This document shows positions 40,638 to 53,170 of a stretch of 64,000 nt of DNA, in pieces. This stretch comes from Octopus sinensis. Its lineage: Eukaryota. Within the stretch, counting starts at the first letter, position 1. Each line of letters opens with the position of its first letter. The notes under the pieces were generated by a model. That model had not been told where the DNA came from. It ran no database searches and was given only the letters and a program-made list of their open reading frames with translations. The translations under genes were made by a program, and so were the position numbers. The stretch covers positions 63,860,001 through 63,924,000 of the forward strand of contig NC_043000.1 in the NCBI RefSeq assembly GCF_006345805.1, read 5' to 3'.

Positions 40638-41741
40638 TGTTATATGGGCAGTCATAGTGTACATGTTGTAGGAATTATTGAATAGGGATATCATGGAGTG
40701 CTTGTTGAAGATACACAGTTGGAGAGTAATAAGAGAACATCAGGAATTTTTAATATTATAATAATTCAGATATAACAGTGACAACGAGAAGTCATGCATC
40801 ATATCAGTGGTGAGGTGGATACCTCCCACTGTATAACAGTGTCATTATAATAGTGGTAATGAAGTTATGAATGCTTGTAGGAGTGTCAAAATGAAAGAAC
40901 GACTAGCTTCCATTGTGAAGCAACAACAACAGTTGCAGCAGCAGCTGTTACAACAGCAGCAAAAATACCATGAACAGCAAAAACAACAACAACAGCTAAA
41001 CTAGCAGTTGATAGAGTTATTGCTACAATCTAAAAATGCAGTGGCATCATATTTGGCAGATGGAGTAGCCAACTCCATTGAAGAATTCCTGTATAATCCC
41101 AAAGATGGGATTATATTTTCTTCTTGCTATAGAAGGTATGAAGAAATATTTAAAGAGAAGTGCAAAGGCTGGACAAACGAAAAGAAGGTAAGACTTCTTT
41201 TGCATAAACTAGCTCCGTCAGAGCATGAGGAATATTGCAACTTTGTTCTACCAAAAAAGTTGCCAGAAATTAATTTTGAAGAAACAACTGAAATATTAAC
41301 TAAATATATTCAGTGAAAAGAACTCACTGTTCAACATACGTTGGGAATGCCTAAATTAAAAAAAAAAATGAAAATGATGACTTTGTTACATATGCAGGAA
41401 TTGTTAACAAGGCATGCAAAAAATTCAAGTTAGGAGAGTTGTCTCTAAACATGTTTAAATGTTTGATATTTGTCAAAGGACTAACTGCAAGTGAGGATGC
41501 AGAAATACAAGTGAGAATATTAACAAAGATAACACAAGACACCGAATTAACCTTGCAAAAGTGGCAGAAGAGTGTCATATGTGCAGTTATAGTACACAGA
41601 TTGTAGGAATTAGTGAATGGAAGTATAATGGAGTGCTTGTTGAAGATACATAGTTGGAGAGTAATAAGAGAACATCAAGCACTTTTAATATCATAGCAGG
41701 TCAGATATAACAGTGTCAATGAGAAGTCATACGTCATATCA
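40638..41741 (+). mobile_element. Internally deleted Ty3/Gypsy element: LTR-PBS-gag fragment-LTR
   Basis: 169-bp direct repeats at 40638-40806 and 41573-41741 (TGT..ATATCA). PBS-like tggtgaggtggat. gag YRRYEEIFKEKCKGWTNEKKVRLLLHKL is homologous to the 49760-51500 gag. Confidence 0.8.
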
Positions 41742-42467
41742 GTATTGAAAGTATAGAATATGAATAAATTGCATGCTTACTGCTCAGAGAGTACTTTTGA
41801 CATACATAGTTACACCTGAACCCAGGTGTGCATGCACACAGACAAACACACACACACCGTGTGTGTGATAATGACATAAAATGTAGGATAATGACATAAA
41901 ATACAGAGATAATATATAAGTACAAATTTGAGAGTAGGGCACATAAATACCTGTCCCAATGTGTAAAAGTATTTAGTAAAAAAGGGCAGCCAACTTCATA
42001 ATCATATTTCATTAGATGAAATAAAATAAGAGACGAAATTCACATCTTTAAAAGACTTATAAGAAAAAGAAATAATATAATCTTTATCAACCCGTTTTTT
42101 TTAATGTGTTGCATACTTCAGAAATTAACCAGCCATATGATTTGCTTCTTGTTTCAAATGTACAAGGTGTTATTGTTATGTTTGTCCTTACCAAACACCT
42201 GTACAAAATATAAAGTCACTTGTAACATTATCTGTAAGGAATGTGTAGAATTTAGGGTTATAACATAGAAGAATGGGTGTTTGGACACGATTGGTAGCTT
42301 AGGTTGTTTCTTTTATGTCATTGTTCAATTGTATCTTTTCATCATCAGCCTTGGCACATGAAGATAACATTATCTTCATATTAGATAATTTTAATTTCAT
42401 GCACTTCTAACTTACTTTAAGAAGAAAATACTGACAATAATTTTGATGTTTGCTAGTAAAATTAATG

Positions 42468-42604
42468 AGGAGTGGCTGTGTGGTAAGTAGCTTGCTTACA
42501 AACCACATGGTTCTGGGTTCAGTCCCACTGTGTGGCACCTTGGTCAACCAAAGCCTTGTGAGTGGATTTGGTAGGCAGAAACTGAAAGAAGCCCATCGTA
42601 TATA

Positions 42605-42695
<91 letters not shown>

Positions 42696-42910
42696 ATATA
42701 TGTATGTGTGTGTATATGTTTGTGTGTCTGTGTTTGACAACCGATGTTGGTGTGTCTATGTCCCTGTAACCTAGCGGTTCGGCAAAGAGACCGATATAAT
42801 AAGTACTAGGTTTACAAAGAATAAGTTCTGGGGTCAATTTGCTCGACTAAAGGCAGTGCTCCAGCATGGCCACAGTCAAATGACGGAAACAAGTAAAAGA
42901 GTTAAAAGAA
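42468..42910 (+). mobile_element. SINE family B with expanded (TG)n(TA)n core
   Basis: Head ggagtggctgtgtggtaagtagcttgc and tail gaaacaagtaaaagag. Confidence 0.85.
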
Positions 42911-44659
42911 GTGTATTTCTATAAATATATGTATGTATGTATGTATCTATGTATGTATGTATGTATCTCATTATTCAGCATTATTTCAAAATTTCTTGCC
43001 AATAAAGAGCCAGTTTCTAACCGAGATCCAAGACTCCTTCATTGGAATTTCAATATCAGCAACAGAGTATGTATGTATTTATATGTATGTATGTATGTAT
43101 GTGTGTATGTATGTATGTATGTGCATGTGTGTGTGCATGCGTGTGTGCGTCCGTGTGTGCGTGCGTGCATGCATGCATGCATATATGTATGTATGTATGT
43201 ATGTATGTACGAGTGCGTGCAAATTTGTATGTTTTGTTTTATGTCTGTATTTTCATGCATATAGTTGCATATCTAGACATGCTCACATATATTTAAATGA
43301 TAAACTTCCAGAAATTTTACAGATTTTTACAGTTCCAGACTAGAGCCTGGTGCAGCCTCCTATCTTCCCAGACCCCAGTCGAATCGTCCAACCCATGCTA
43401 GCATAGAAAACAGATGTTAAATGATGATGATGAATAAATAGAATAATAAAAAAAATTGGTTATATATTACAGTACAATCTTTCTATAACAACAAATTCAC
43501 AGTAAAATTTGCTTGAGTTGTTGCCTAAGTTATTGCTAAGTCTTCACATTTTTAGTCTTGACCCAATGCCTATTTTTTACATAATGAATTTGCCTACCAT
43601 ATATACTATTCTACTTTGCATAAAACTTTAGCTATATTGGTACTTCTGGCTCTCATTTTTTAAGTATTCTAGCATGTCAATATTTTAACAAAATGATGGT
43701 ACCTTTCTTAATTATAATGTTACTTTGTAAATTAAAATCAAATAATTTTTAATATTCAAATAAGCTGCAATATTTTAAGTAAAAATTTTCTTGTTCTCTA
43801 CTTTACCAGATGTAATAACTTGTCCTGTAATTTTCCAGGTTTATAATCTTAAGAATATTATTTCTCTTGCTCGCATTTTTCCATGTAATCCATGATTTTT
43901 CCAGGCCATGCTATTATGCTAATTAATAATGTGTCAAATGTGTCAGTTAGCAGTGTCATTGACAATTTTTTCCTCACCACAATGACGCTGGTGACATATA
44001 TTAAAAGTCCCCTTATAGAACTATATTCATAAAAAAAGTATAGAACTATATTATCACCCTCAAATTTGAGAAACAAACACTCATGACTTTTTTTCTTTTG
44101 AAACTTCATTGCATGAGATTGATACCATGAATTTCTCAAATTGAGCCCTATCATTTGAGTTTAATCAAAATATAGTTTGTTTATAAAATATAAAAGTCAA
44201 TTATACTTAAATCCAATTTTTTGCCTTATATTTTTTTCATGATATTTTACCTCACAACTTTTTTTATACAAATTTTTATTGCATGGGACCAAAACTATGA
44301 AATTCTTCATGCCTTCTTCTATCATTGAAGCTAAGATAGATATATTTTGCTTTTAAAATAAAAAAGTTATTTAGATCTAAACTTGATTGGTGGTGTTACT
44401 CCCCTATAATGTTGCTACAAATTTTGATGTAAACTTTTTTCTCCTGGTTCAAATCTCAATTTTTTTTTATGCCAAAATGTAGCTAGGGACCAGTCATCTT
44501 CAAAAAATGTTAACAGTTTTCAATTTGGTTAAGAACTGAATTAGTGACAAGCTCTGAAAGATGCTGCTTGTGAGTAAATTGCGGCCTTAAGAATATTATT
44601 CAACTACTACCTTAGTCGAATGATACACACACACGCAGGTGCATAAATCACCATCGTCG

Positions 44660-45150
44660 TCATCATCATCATCATCATCATCATTTAACATCCGTTTTTC
44701 GTGCTGGCATGGGTTGGATGGTCTGACAGGAGCCAACCCGCTGAAGAGCTGCCCAGGCTCCATGTCTGTTTGACATGGTTTCTACAGCTGGATGCCCTTC
44801 TTAATGCCAACCACTTTACAGAGTGTACTGGGTGCTTTCACAGAGTACCAGCATAGGTACTTTTATGTGACACTGGAATGGATACTTTTTATGTGGCACC
44901 AGCACCCACGAGCTTGCATGATTAGGATGCAGGGACATGCCTATGTGCAGCTGCAGAGGGAAGAATGCAGGGACATGCCTGTGTGCAAGAACAACCATAG
45001 TTTTACTTAGTTTCTCAAACACAGCAAACCACCAGAAGTTCAATCCCTTGTCATCTCCTCTGTGAGGTCCAGCATCTGAAGATCCTTTTTGACCACTTTG
45101 TCCAAAATCTTCTTGGGTCTACTCCTTCTACACATTACCTCCACAATTAG
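44660..45150 (-). mobile_element. RTE LINE 3' end with (GAT)n-type tail
   Basis: RPKKILDKVVKKDLQMLDLTEEMTRD followed by the shared ccaacccatgccagcacg..aaacggatgttaaatgatgatg tail. Confidence 0.75.
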
Positions 45151-45807
45151 AGAATGGCACTTCTGGATGCATATACATATATATATATTTGTGTGCATGT
45201 GTGTGAGTGCATGTGCGTGTGCGTGTGTGATTATAAGATCCAAGGATCTAAGTGTAGGAAGTTTGTAAGTTTCAAGCAGTCTGTGGTAGGTATAAAAAAC
45301 AATGTTCAGGAACAATAATAATTTATTAGCGGTGAAGGTTGTAGGCATTACCCATATCGATTTTCAAATTATATCTTTGGAGAGTTAACTTGGGATGCTT
45401 TAACAACAATGTAACCTTCATATAATTAAGGTATCTTCAGCTTGATGAGCAGTTAGCTGAATACCCCTCATTGAGTAATTATTACATTAGAGGACCTGCT
45501 AGCTAGGAAACATGTGTAGCCTGGATTTTATCTACTCCAATCTATCAATATTTGTGTGTACATATATATATATATATCACGTGACCACGTGACTGACCAG
45601 ACCATCAGATGTTGTTACACATCGCTGGTCACAATGCGTTCACATTGTTTTAGCCTTCGAATGATGCCACCCTGCTGGCTAAGCGAGCAGGCCAATATAT
45701 ATATATATAGTTAATCCAAACATGAACAAAGAGAAAACACAACAACGTGAGGACATGGAACAAGTATAGTGTTATTGGATGCTCAGGAAAGGAAAGAAAG
45801 AAGGAGG

Positions 45808-45842
45808 ATTTAATGTTTCGAGCGGAGCTCTTCGTCAGAAAC
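45808..45842 (-). ncRNA. Penelope-type minimal hammerhead motif
   Basis: Reverse complement gttt-CTGACGA-a-GAGC-tcc-GCTC-GAAA-catt-aaat. Core and stem II are intact. The stem III palindrome looks broken (ACAT, possibly from ACGT by CpG decay). Confidence 0.55.
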
Positions 45843-45908
45843 AGAGAAAAAGGAAAAGTCCAAAGAAGGGAACACAGAGAAAGAAAATTGCCAACAATAC
45901 ACATGCGG

Positions 45909-45910
<2 letters not shown>

Positions 45911-45972
<62 letters not shown>
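45911..45972. repeat. (TA)n microsatellite
   Basis: Uninterrupted TA dinucleotide run. Confidence 0.95.
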
Positions 45973-45979
<7 letters not shown>

Positions 45980-46002
45980 CATATTTACAGCATCTTTTCA
46001 AG

Positions 46003-46088
46003 ACCTATACATGTTTCAATTGCAGTGACTGCACATTGTTGGGTATGCAACCTATAGTGTCATGGCCAGTGCAGTTTCATCAGGGTCC
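46003..46088 (-). ncRNA. Penelope-type hammerhead motif with extended stem II
   Basis: Reverse complement ggacc-CTGATGA-aACTGCAC...GTGCAGTcactgcaatt-GAAA-CATG-TA-taggtc, with palindromic ACATGT and a GUA cleavage triplet. Stem I is imperfect. Confidence 0.5.
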
Positions 46089-46947
46089 TTACTCTCAGCC
46101 ATCTTGAAATAAACTGTTGCGGTTAGCAGGCATCTGAAATTGACTGAAGCTGTAACATGGTTACCACTAGGATAATATATTCCTTTGAACTCAAAATAAA
46201 TACATTCATTAAAATGTTTTCCTATGTGTTCCAGTCTTTGTTTTGATATATAATTACTGTAATTACGGTGTGAATAATATATTTGTATATTTGACCAAGA
46301 ATTTCAGCTTGTGTATAATGATTTTCTCATTTGATGTAAAATTTTAAATGAGAAATCATACATACAAGTTGAAATCCTTAGTCAAGTATATTATTTATCT
46401 ACATACATGCAACTGATAGCCAGAGTACACACATGTGCTTTATGAGGACATAGCTTGGATTACAATCCCATATATGAGTATGTGTGTGTGTGTGTGTGTA
46501 CATGTGTGTGTGTGCATCTATTACTCCCTTACTAGTGTATTGTAAATACAATGTATTATACATATTAACCAACTATATAATTTGTTTTTCTTCTTTAAAA
46601 AGTACAAGGTGGTGCTATTATATCTGAACTTTCAAAATACTTGTACAATAGAAGAAATGACCAGGAATATGCAAAAAGAATGTATGGAATTTTAAGTTTC
46701 TATCAACAAATTTTGTGGAGTATAATCACAATTAACAGCTATGTTTTATTGACGTCATTTATAAATTCTATCTTTTATGTGTCTGGACATGAGCTAATAA
46801 TATTTTCTTCACATGGGGTCATATTAATTACATACATTTCCAATTTTCTAGTTTCCTATTTATACTCATACAAGTGTAATGCCATATATATATAAAAATT
46901 TAAACATATACATATCAACATAAATTAATATGTGTGTGTGTGTATGT

Positions 46948-46949
<2 letters not shown>

Positions 46950-47014
<65 letters not shown>

Positions 47015-47028
47015 TAGATAGATAGATC

Positions 47029-47072
<44 letters not shown>
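46950..47072. repeat. Compound (GA)n(GACA)n(GATA)n microsatellite
   Basis: Direct reading of the sequence. Confidence 0.95.
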
Positions 47073-50022
47073 TACACACACATGTATGTATTTATGTATG
47101 CATACGATGCAATATATACAAAAAGCACATAATAATAGAAAATACATAGCTACCCCAGGAGGGTAGGGAGAAAGGATGGTGGAGATGGAGTATCAGGGTA
47201 TGGCTTTCTGGTACAAGGAGGTCGATAAAGTGTAGGGATAGGGAATCAAGAATGACTAAGTGGGTTGATCTGAGAGAGTATGATAGGAGTGTGATAGGTG
47301 GTTAGAGCTAGGGCTAGAGGTGTGGTCACTGGTGAATTTCGGTTTGGAGGAATGGCAAAGGAAAATAGGAGTGGATCATGGAAGGAGGAGGTGATAATTG
47401 ACAATACATAGAAAGGCAAGGAAGGTAGAAAACAACAGTGTAGTAAAACAGTAGGCTGATGAGAAATAGGGGGAGATGATGTAAAATGTGGGGAGAGAGA
47501 TCCACAATTAGAGGTACATAGGAGTGGCTATAGGGAATGAAAAAAAGGGAGAAGTATGGATGACAGATATGAGAGAGTGTTCAGGGTAAAGGGGTGTTCA
47601 GTGGAAGATAAAGTGTTGAGGGATGATGTTGAGCATGCAGGATAGTTGAAAAAGGAAGTGGTTCCAAGGAGAGAAATAACTAACAGCATAAAAGGGTAAG
47701 ATGGAATATATGCAGTTCTGCTCTTATATCATTACAGGAGCTGAGGTAATAGCTCGATAGAGGAGTGAAGGAGGGATGGATTTTGGAAAGATTAATTGTA
47801 GGGAAAACTTAACAGGTATATATTGGGTACAAGGGGCATAGATATTAACAATATGTGCTTTTAGGACCTCATTTTTGCTGCAATGGACCGGATTTCTCTA
47901 ACATTGAATTGTTTACCAAATCAGTTTTTTTTTATCTCTTCCATAAGGCTCAACAACCTAAGGTTCATCTTCATTACTTTGTCCCATGTATTCCTTGATC
48001 TCACTCTTCTTAAAAGATGTTGTGGAGAATGCCAGTTTCAATTCTAATCTTTGCACAACTACTAGCATTTATAGTCCATATCTCACTACCGTGCGGCATT
48101 ACTGTTCATATACAAGCATCATACAATCTGCTTTTCACTCTAAGAGAGACGACTTTTATTATCAACAGAGGTAATAGCTCTCTTAACTTTCCCCAGCTGT
48201 TCTGTACTCTAGCAACTATACTTTCAGAAAATTCTCCCTCCTCCACTGCAAATTAGTAAGTACCTAAGTAACAGAGACTATCTATTGTTTCTAAAGATCT
48301 TCCTGAGCATTCGAGGAAGTCTATTTCCTATATGTTCCTAGAGTTAACTGCTCCTGTGCATCTTCCACAAAGTCTATTTCTCTGTTAACTTTCCTGTGAT
48401 TCCAGCATACCTTTTGCGTGTCCATAGTTTGCACTGGTTACATGGTACTGAATTTCTACCTACACCTTTTCTTCACATGGAACAGAGCCATTTTCCTAAA
48501 GGAATTATCAGACTATCAGTTTTCCTGATTAGTATGACTCTGGTCTATGTTAAGTTAACTTTAAAGCCCTTTGATTCTAAGTTTTGCTTCCACACATGCA
48601 ACTTGTTTTCTAATTCTACTACAGATTCAGCAAAAATAACAGGATCATCAGCATATAGTAGTTCTCAAGGGCAACCATTCTCAAACTCCTCTGTTATGGC
48701 CCAGAGGACAATGATAAATAGGAGGGGACTGAGAGCTGAGTCCAGGTTAAACTCATACATGCACTCTAAATCCATTGCTGTGATCATTGCTTACTTGTAC
48801 CCTAGCGAATGGTTTGGATAGCTCCCACCAGCCATTCACCTATTCCTAGCTTGTACACCAACCACTAGATCACAGAGCAAGGAATTCTATCAAAGGCTAC
48901 CAAGTACAATGACTTACATTTGGTTAAATACTTCTCCTGCAGCTGCTTTAGTAGGAAGAGAACACCAGTAGTACTTCTCCCTGGCACAAAACCAAACTGT
49001 ATCTCATCTGGTCTAATTCTGTACCTAATTAGTTGAGATACAACTTTTTGTAACTTTCATAATCCGGTTCAGCAATTTTATACCTCTGTAATTACTCTGC
49101 TCTCAAGCATCTTCTTTGCTCTTGTAACAGTTGACTATAATGCTGCTACACCAGCTGTTAGATCTTATGCCTTCCTGTACATACTGATTAACTACATGGG
49201 TGACTAGATTGTATCGTATTCTGCCACATATCTTTAGCATCTTGGAAGAAATTCCTGATGCATCAGGATCTTTCTTTGCCCTCGTTTCCTTAATTGCTTT
49301 AACTATCATACTTCTGTCATCTAGAATGGTTGATCTCTCTGTTGGGTCAACATTTATAAGTCTTCCTTTTCCCCATGCATTTTCCTACATTTAGTATGAT
49401 TTCATCACAGATGTTGTCATGAGAGTCATGACGTCCCCTTGTGAGAAATAGACTGAACCAAGTGATTATAAAGAGTAGCGGTCAGAGTGAAGTTTGTGTG
49501 TTAGCTTGAGTTGAGTTCACAGTGAAGTTGGTTAGTTTGTTTGGAATATCGATTGTTTGTTCATGAAGAGATTGTTGAATTGTTATGTTGTTATTACGGC
49601 AGCATCATTATCTTGTTTATTGTTACAACACTGGCACAGCGTATCAAAACCATCTGTCACAATATTTGTGGTACCACAATATTTGGAGATGGAGGATACA
49701 TCTGGCAACAAGGATTTCAAAGCTCACATAGGTTATTTAACAATTTCTTCATGATACAACTTGTTAAATGATGGAAGACCTATTAGCTTCTATAATACAG
49801 TTGCAAAAACAACAAGAACAGCAACAGGAGTTGCAGAAGCAACTAGTACAGAAACAACACAACAACAACAACAATTATTGGAGCTATACACAAAGAGGTC
49901 TGAAAATGAGGTAAGTTCATTTTCACTAGACAGTGTATCAAATCCATAACAGAATACAATTATAACCCAGAGGAAGATATAACTTTTGCAGCATACTACA
50001 GAAGGTACAAGGAGATTTTTAA

Positions 50023-50242
50023 CCCTTTAGCATTCAGATTACTCTGCCAAATGTAAAGCCTCTTCAATCACATTGTTTTAAATTAGTTGTACAGCATCTT
50101 GTAACTCTGAGGTTTTGATGATGTCCCTGTTTATTTTTAGAATGACTTTGTAGGATAGGTGTGAGAGGTCAGAGCTGGCTGGTTTGAGCATAAAACTAGA
50201 AGACAATTTTGGCCTGATATGGCCGGTTTAAATACTAAAGGG
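50023..50242. mobile_element. TTAA-type MITE inserted in Gypsy gag
   Basis: TTAA (50019-50022)|CCCTTTAG...CTAAAGGG|TTAA (50243-50246). Removing it restores gag homology to the 41008 copy. Confidence 0.9.
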
Positions 50243-50513
50243 TTAAGGAAGATTGCAAGACATGGTTGGACAGAGAAAAAATAAGGTTATTATTACATAA
50301 ATTAGCTCTGTCTGAGCATGAACTCTACTGCAATTTCATTTTGCTCAAAAAACACTAGTGAAATTTGTTTTCAGGAAGCAATCAAATTTCTGTCTAACAT
50401 GTTCGGTGATAAAACTTCTCTATTTAATACTCGAATGGAGTGTTGTAATTTAACTAAAAAAGAGGATGATGACTTTATTACATATGCAGGAACAGTCAAC
50501 AGAATGTGTGAAA

Positions 50514-51104
50514 AAGTGATAGTATGTTGTCAACTTAATGTAACAGTCCCATAAAAGGGAAGAATGCTACTGTTATTTAGCCCTAGGAAACACCATTTCC
50601 TGTTGGACTTGGCACATTTCCTATGTCCTTATGTTTTCAAAGTGGAGATAAGCACCACCACCCAGCAAAGTCAGGGACTGTCACATGAAGTTGACAACAT
50701 ACAATCACTTTATCATGCTGCTACTACATAAATCTGTCTGAGAGATTTAGAAATATATTATTTCTATTTTCAAAAATCAGTGAATGTATTTCACTTGAAA
50801 TATATATATATGTTTCCTAAGGTGGATAGGCATCGACAGCTAGCAAGCCATGCTACTCCAGACTGATGATGAGCAATGACTCTGAATGCTGGCTTTGCTA
50901 GGTGGAGGTGCTTGTCTCCACTTTGAAAACATAAGGACACAGGAAATGTGTCAAGTCCAACAGGAAACGGTGTTTCCGAGGGCTAAATAACAGTAGCATT
51001 TTCCCCTTTTATGGGACTGTCACATTAAGTTGACAACATACTATCACTTTATTGTGCTGCTACTGCATAAATCTCTCTGAGAGATTTAGAAATATATTAT
51101 TTCT
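50514..51104. mobile_element. Rearranged retro-insertion (inverted + direct duplication) with 13-bp TSD inside gag
   Basis: TSD agaatgtgtgaaa at 50501-50513 and 51105-51117. 50514-50672 is the reverse complement of ~50890-51050, and ~50674-50766 repeats ~51013-51104. Confidence 0.8.
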
Positions 51105-51528
51105 AGAATGTGTGAAAGTTTTAAACTTAAAGAACTTGCTCCTGAGATGTTTAAGTACCTCATTTTTGTACAAGGCCTTACAGCAAATGAAGATACAGAA
51201 ATACAGGCAAGAATTCTTTCAAAACTTGAACAAGCAAACTAAGATTTAACCCTGCAGACTGTTGCAGAAGAGTGTCAAAGGATGGTGAACCTGAAACACA
51301 ATGTAAGAAAAATCCAAGAAAAGGATTTTGCAAAAATACAGATGTCAACTGAGAAAGTATAACCAAAGAAGATTGCTAGGCCCTAATCCATGTTACAGAT
51401 GTGGAGGCCAACATTTCAGAAAAGATTGTCCTTTTAAAAACCAAAAATGTTACAGTTGTCAAAAATTTGGACACAAGAGTTCTCACTGCTGAACAAAAGT
51501 ATGAAGGTCAAATGTAAAAAATTCTAAA

Positions 51529-51765
51529 GTGCTGTCAGCAGAAAGTAAAATTGATTCTCAAATAAGGAAATTTGTACACGTAAAAGTAAACAGAGTAAAT
51601 ATTAAATTACAACTGGATACTGGTGGTGACATTTCAATCATTAACACCGACACATGGAAGAAAATAGGGAAATCTATGTTAAAAAAAGCAGCGAAAACTG
51701 CACGTGGTGTGATGGGTGACAAACTACACTTTGTAGGTGAAATGTGGAATGATATCACATTTTAA
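51529..51765 (+). pseudogene. Gypsy aspartic protease remnant
   Basis: VKVNRVNIKLQLDTGGDISII (DTG active site). Confidence 0.85.
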
Positions 51766-51916
51766 TAAAAAAATTGCAAGACAAAGATTTTCATTGTAAA
51801 GAATGCAACCAATCTGTTTGGTACTGACCGGATGGAATTATTTGTCTTATGGGATTTCCCACTAAGGCAGTACATTAAATGGCTGCCCCACCAGTGAAAA
51901 GAACTCAGCAGCTGAA

Positions 51917-53170
51917 TTGAAGAAAAAGTTAATTAAAAACATTATGTGCAATGTTATTCATGAACTGCCAGTGACAGTGCATGATATAAAAATGAAATCC
52001 GCAGAGGATAATTACATTACAAGAATGAAAGAAATGTTGAAAAATAAGCAAAATAAAAGTACAAAGTTGAATAATTTTTCACTATGTGACGATGTTTTAA
52101 TGTACAAGCAAAGAGTGGTAATACCAACTGCACTACAGAAACAAGTATTGCAGGAATTTTATAGTGGAAACCTGGGAATGTCGGGAATGAAAACCTTAAT
52201 GAGGAGCTATGTATATTGGCTGACAATGGACAAGATATTGAAAATTGTGTAAAATCATGTAGAGGTTGTGTGCTAACAGCCAAAGAACCACTGGTGAAAT
52301 ACCAATCATGGCTTGAAATGGATAGTCCGTGGTCCAGGGTACATATTGGCTATGCTGGACCAATGAATGGCACATACTATCTAATTGATAGTGGTACAAA
52401 GTGGCCAAAGGTATGCAGGTGCAATAAACCAACCACAAAGACAGCAATAAAGTTCCTGTATGAATTATTTGCCCAATACCGTGTTTCAGACACATTGTTA
52501 TCAGATAATGGAACACAATTTACGGATAGTGAATTCAAAACTTTCTACAAAATACATGCGATAAAGCATATTTTCACCCCGGCCAACCACCTGCGGTCAA
52601 ACGGGCAGGTAGAAAGATTCATTGATACTTTCAAGTAAGTGTTAAAAAAAGCAAGGAATGATGTAGGTAATGATGAAGCACTAACAAAATTTTTGAGGGT
52701 ATATAGAATAACGTCCAATCCAAATACCAGTTCACAAAAGTCTCCTGCAGAGTTAATATTCACACAAAAAATAAAATCGATCTTTGATAATTTATTGCCA
52801 GGGAAAAAAATTATTTAAAGGAAATACAGAAAAAGCAACAAAACATTTCGAAGTAGGAGATAAAATTCATTTTAAAATTTACAAAAATGGTAAAGAAGGC
52901 TTGGAGGATGGTTTTGTAACTAAAAGATTAGGAAACATGATGTATTTAATTAAAGGACAATGTTGGGAACATAAGGGACCCCTAAACCAATTAAAGACAA
53001 GACATACTGAAAAACGAAAGGAAATACCAGTTGAAGTCTGCTATGACATGTTTGAGGTGCCAGCACCGAAAGAGATTGAGTCCCAAGAAGCAGCATTAGA
53101 AAAGGAAACAGACTGTACACTTAGAAATAATGTCAAAATGAAAAAGATATTAAATTTTCTAAAAAAGTGA
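51917..53170 (+). pseudogene. Gypsy integrase remnant (Zn-binding region + catalytic core)
   Basis: RVVIPTALQKQVLQEFYSGNLGM...RSYVYW, PWSRVHIGYAGP, LSDNGTQFT, SNGQVERF. Confidence 0.9.

Larger units (their letters stand above)
49760..51490 (+). pseudogene. Gypsy gag with two zinc knuckles, interrupted by two insertions
   Basis: Poly-Q N-terminus, YRRYKEIF|KEDCKTW..EKIRLLLHKL, and CYRCGGQHFRKDCPFKNQKCYSCQKFGHKSSHC. Confidence 0.85.

Noticed and set aside
40638-41741. TRIM-like mobile mini-retrotransposon
   Set aside because: There is no PPT before the second LTR and no TSD, so a one-off deletion product is more likely.
46600-46895. Open frame GGAIISELSKYLYNRRNDQEYAKRMYG...
   Set aside because: AT-rich with no recognisable family or convincing splice pair; it cannot be supported without a search.
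163-47147. Many ORF-track entries rich in HT/YI/CV/LS repeats (e.g. 1676-1941, 33484-33919, 42911-43343, 46866-47147)
   Set aside because: They are translations of (CA)n, (TA)n, (GA)n and (TATG)n microsatellites or SINE cores, not genes.
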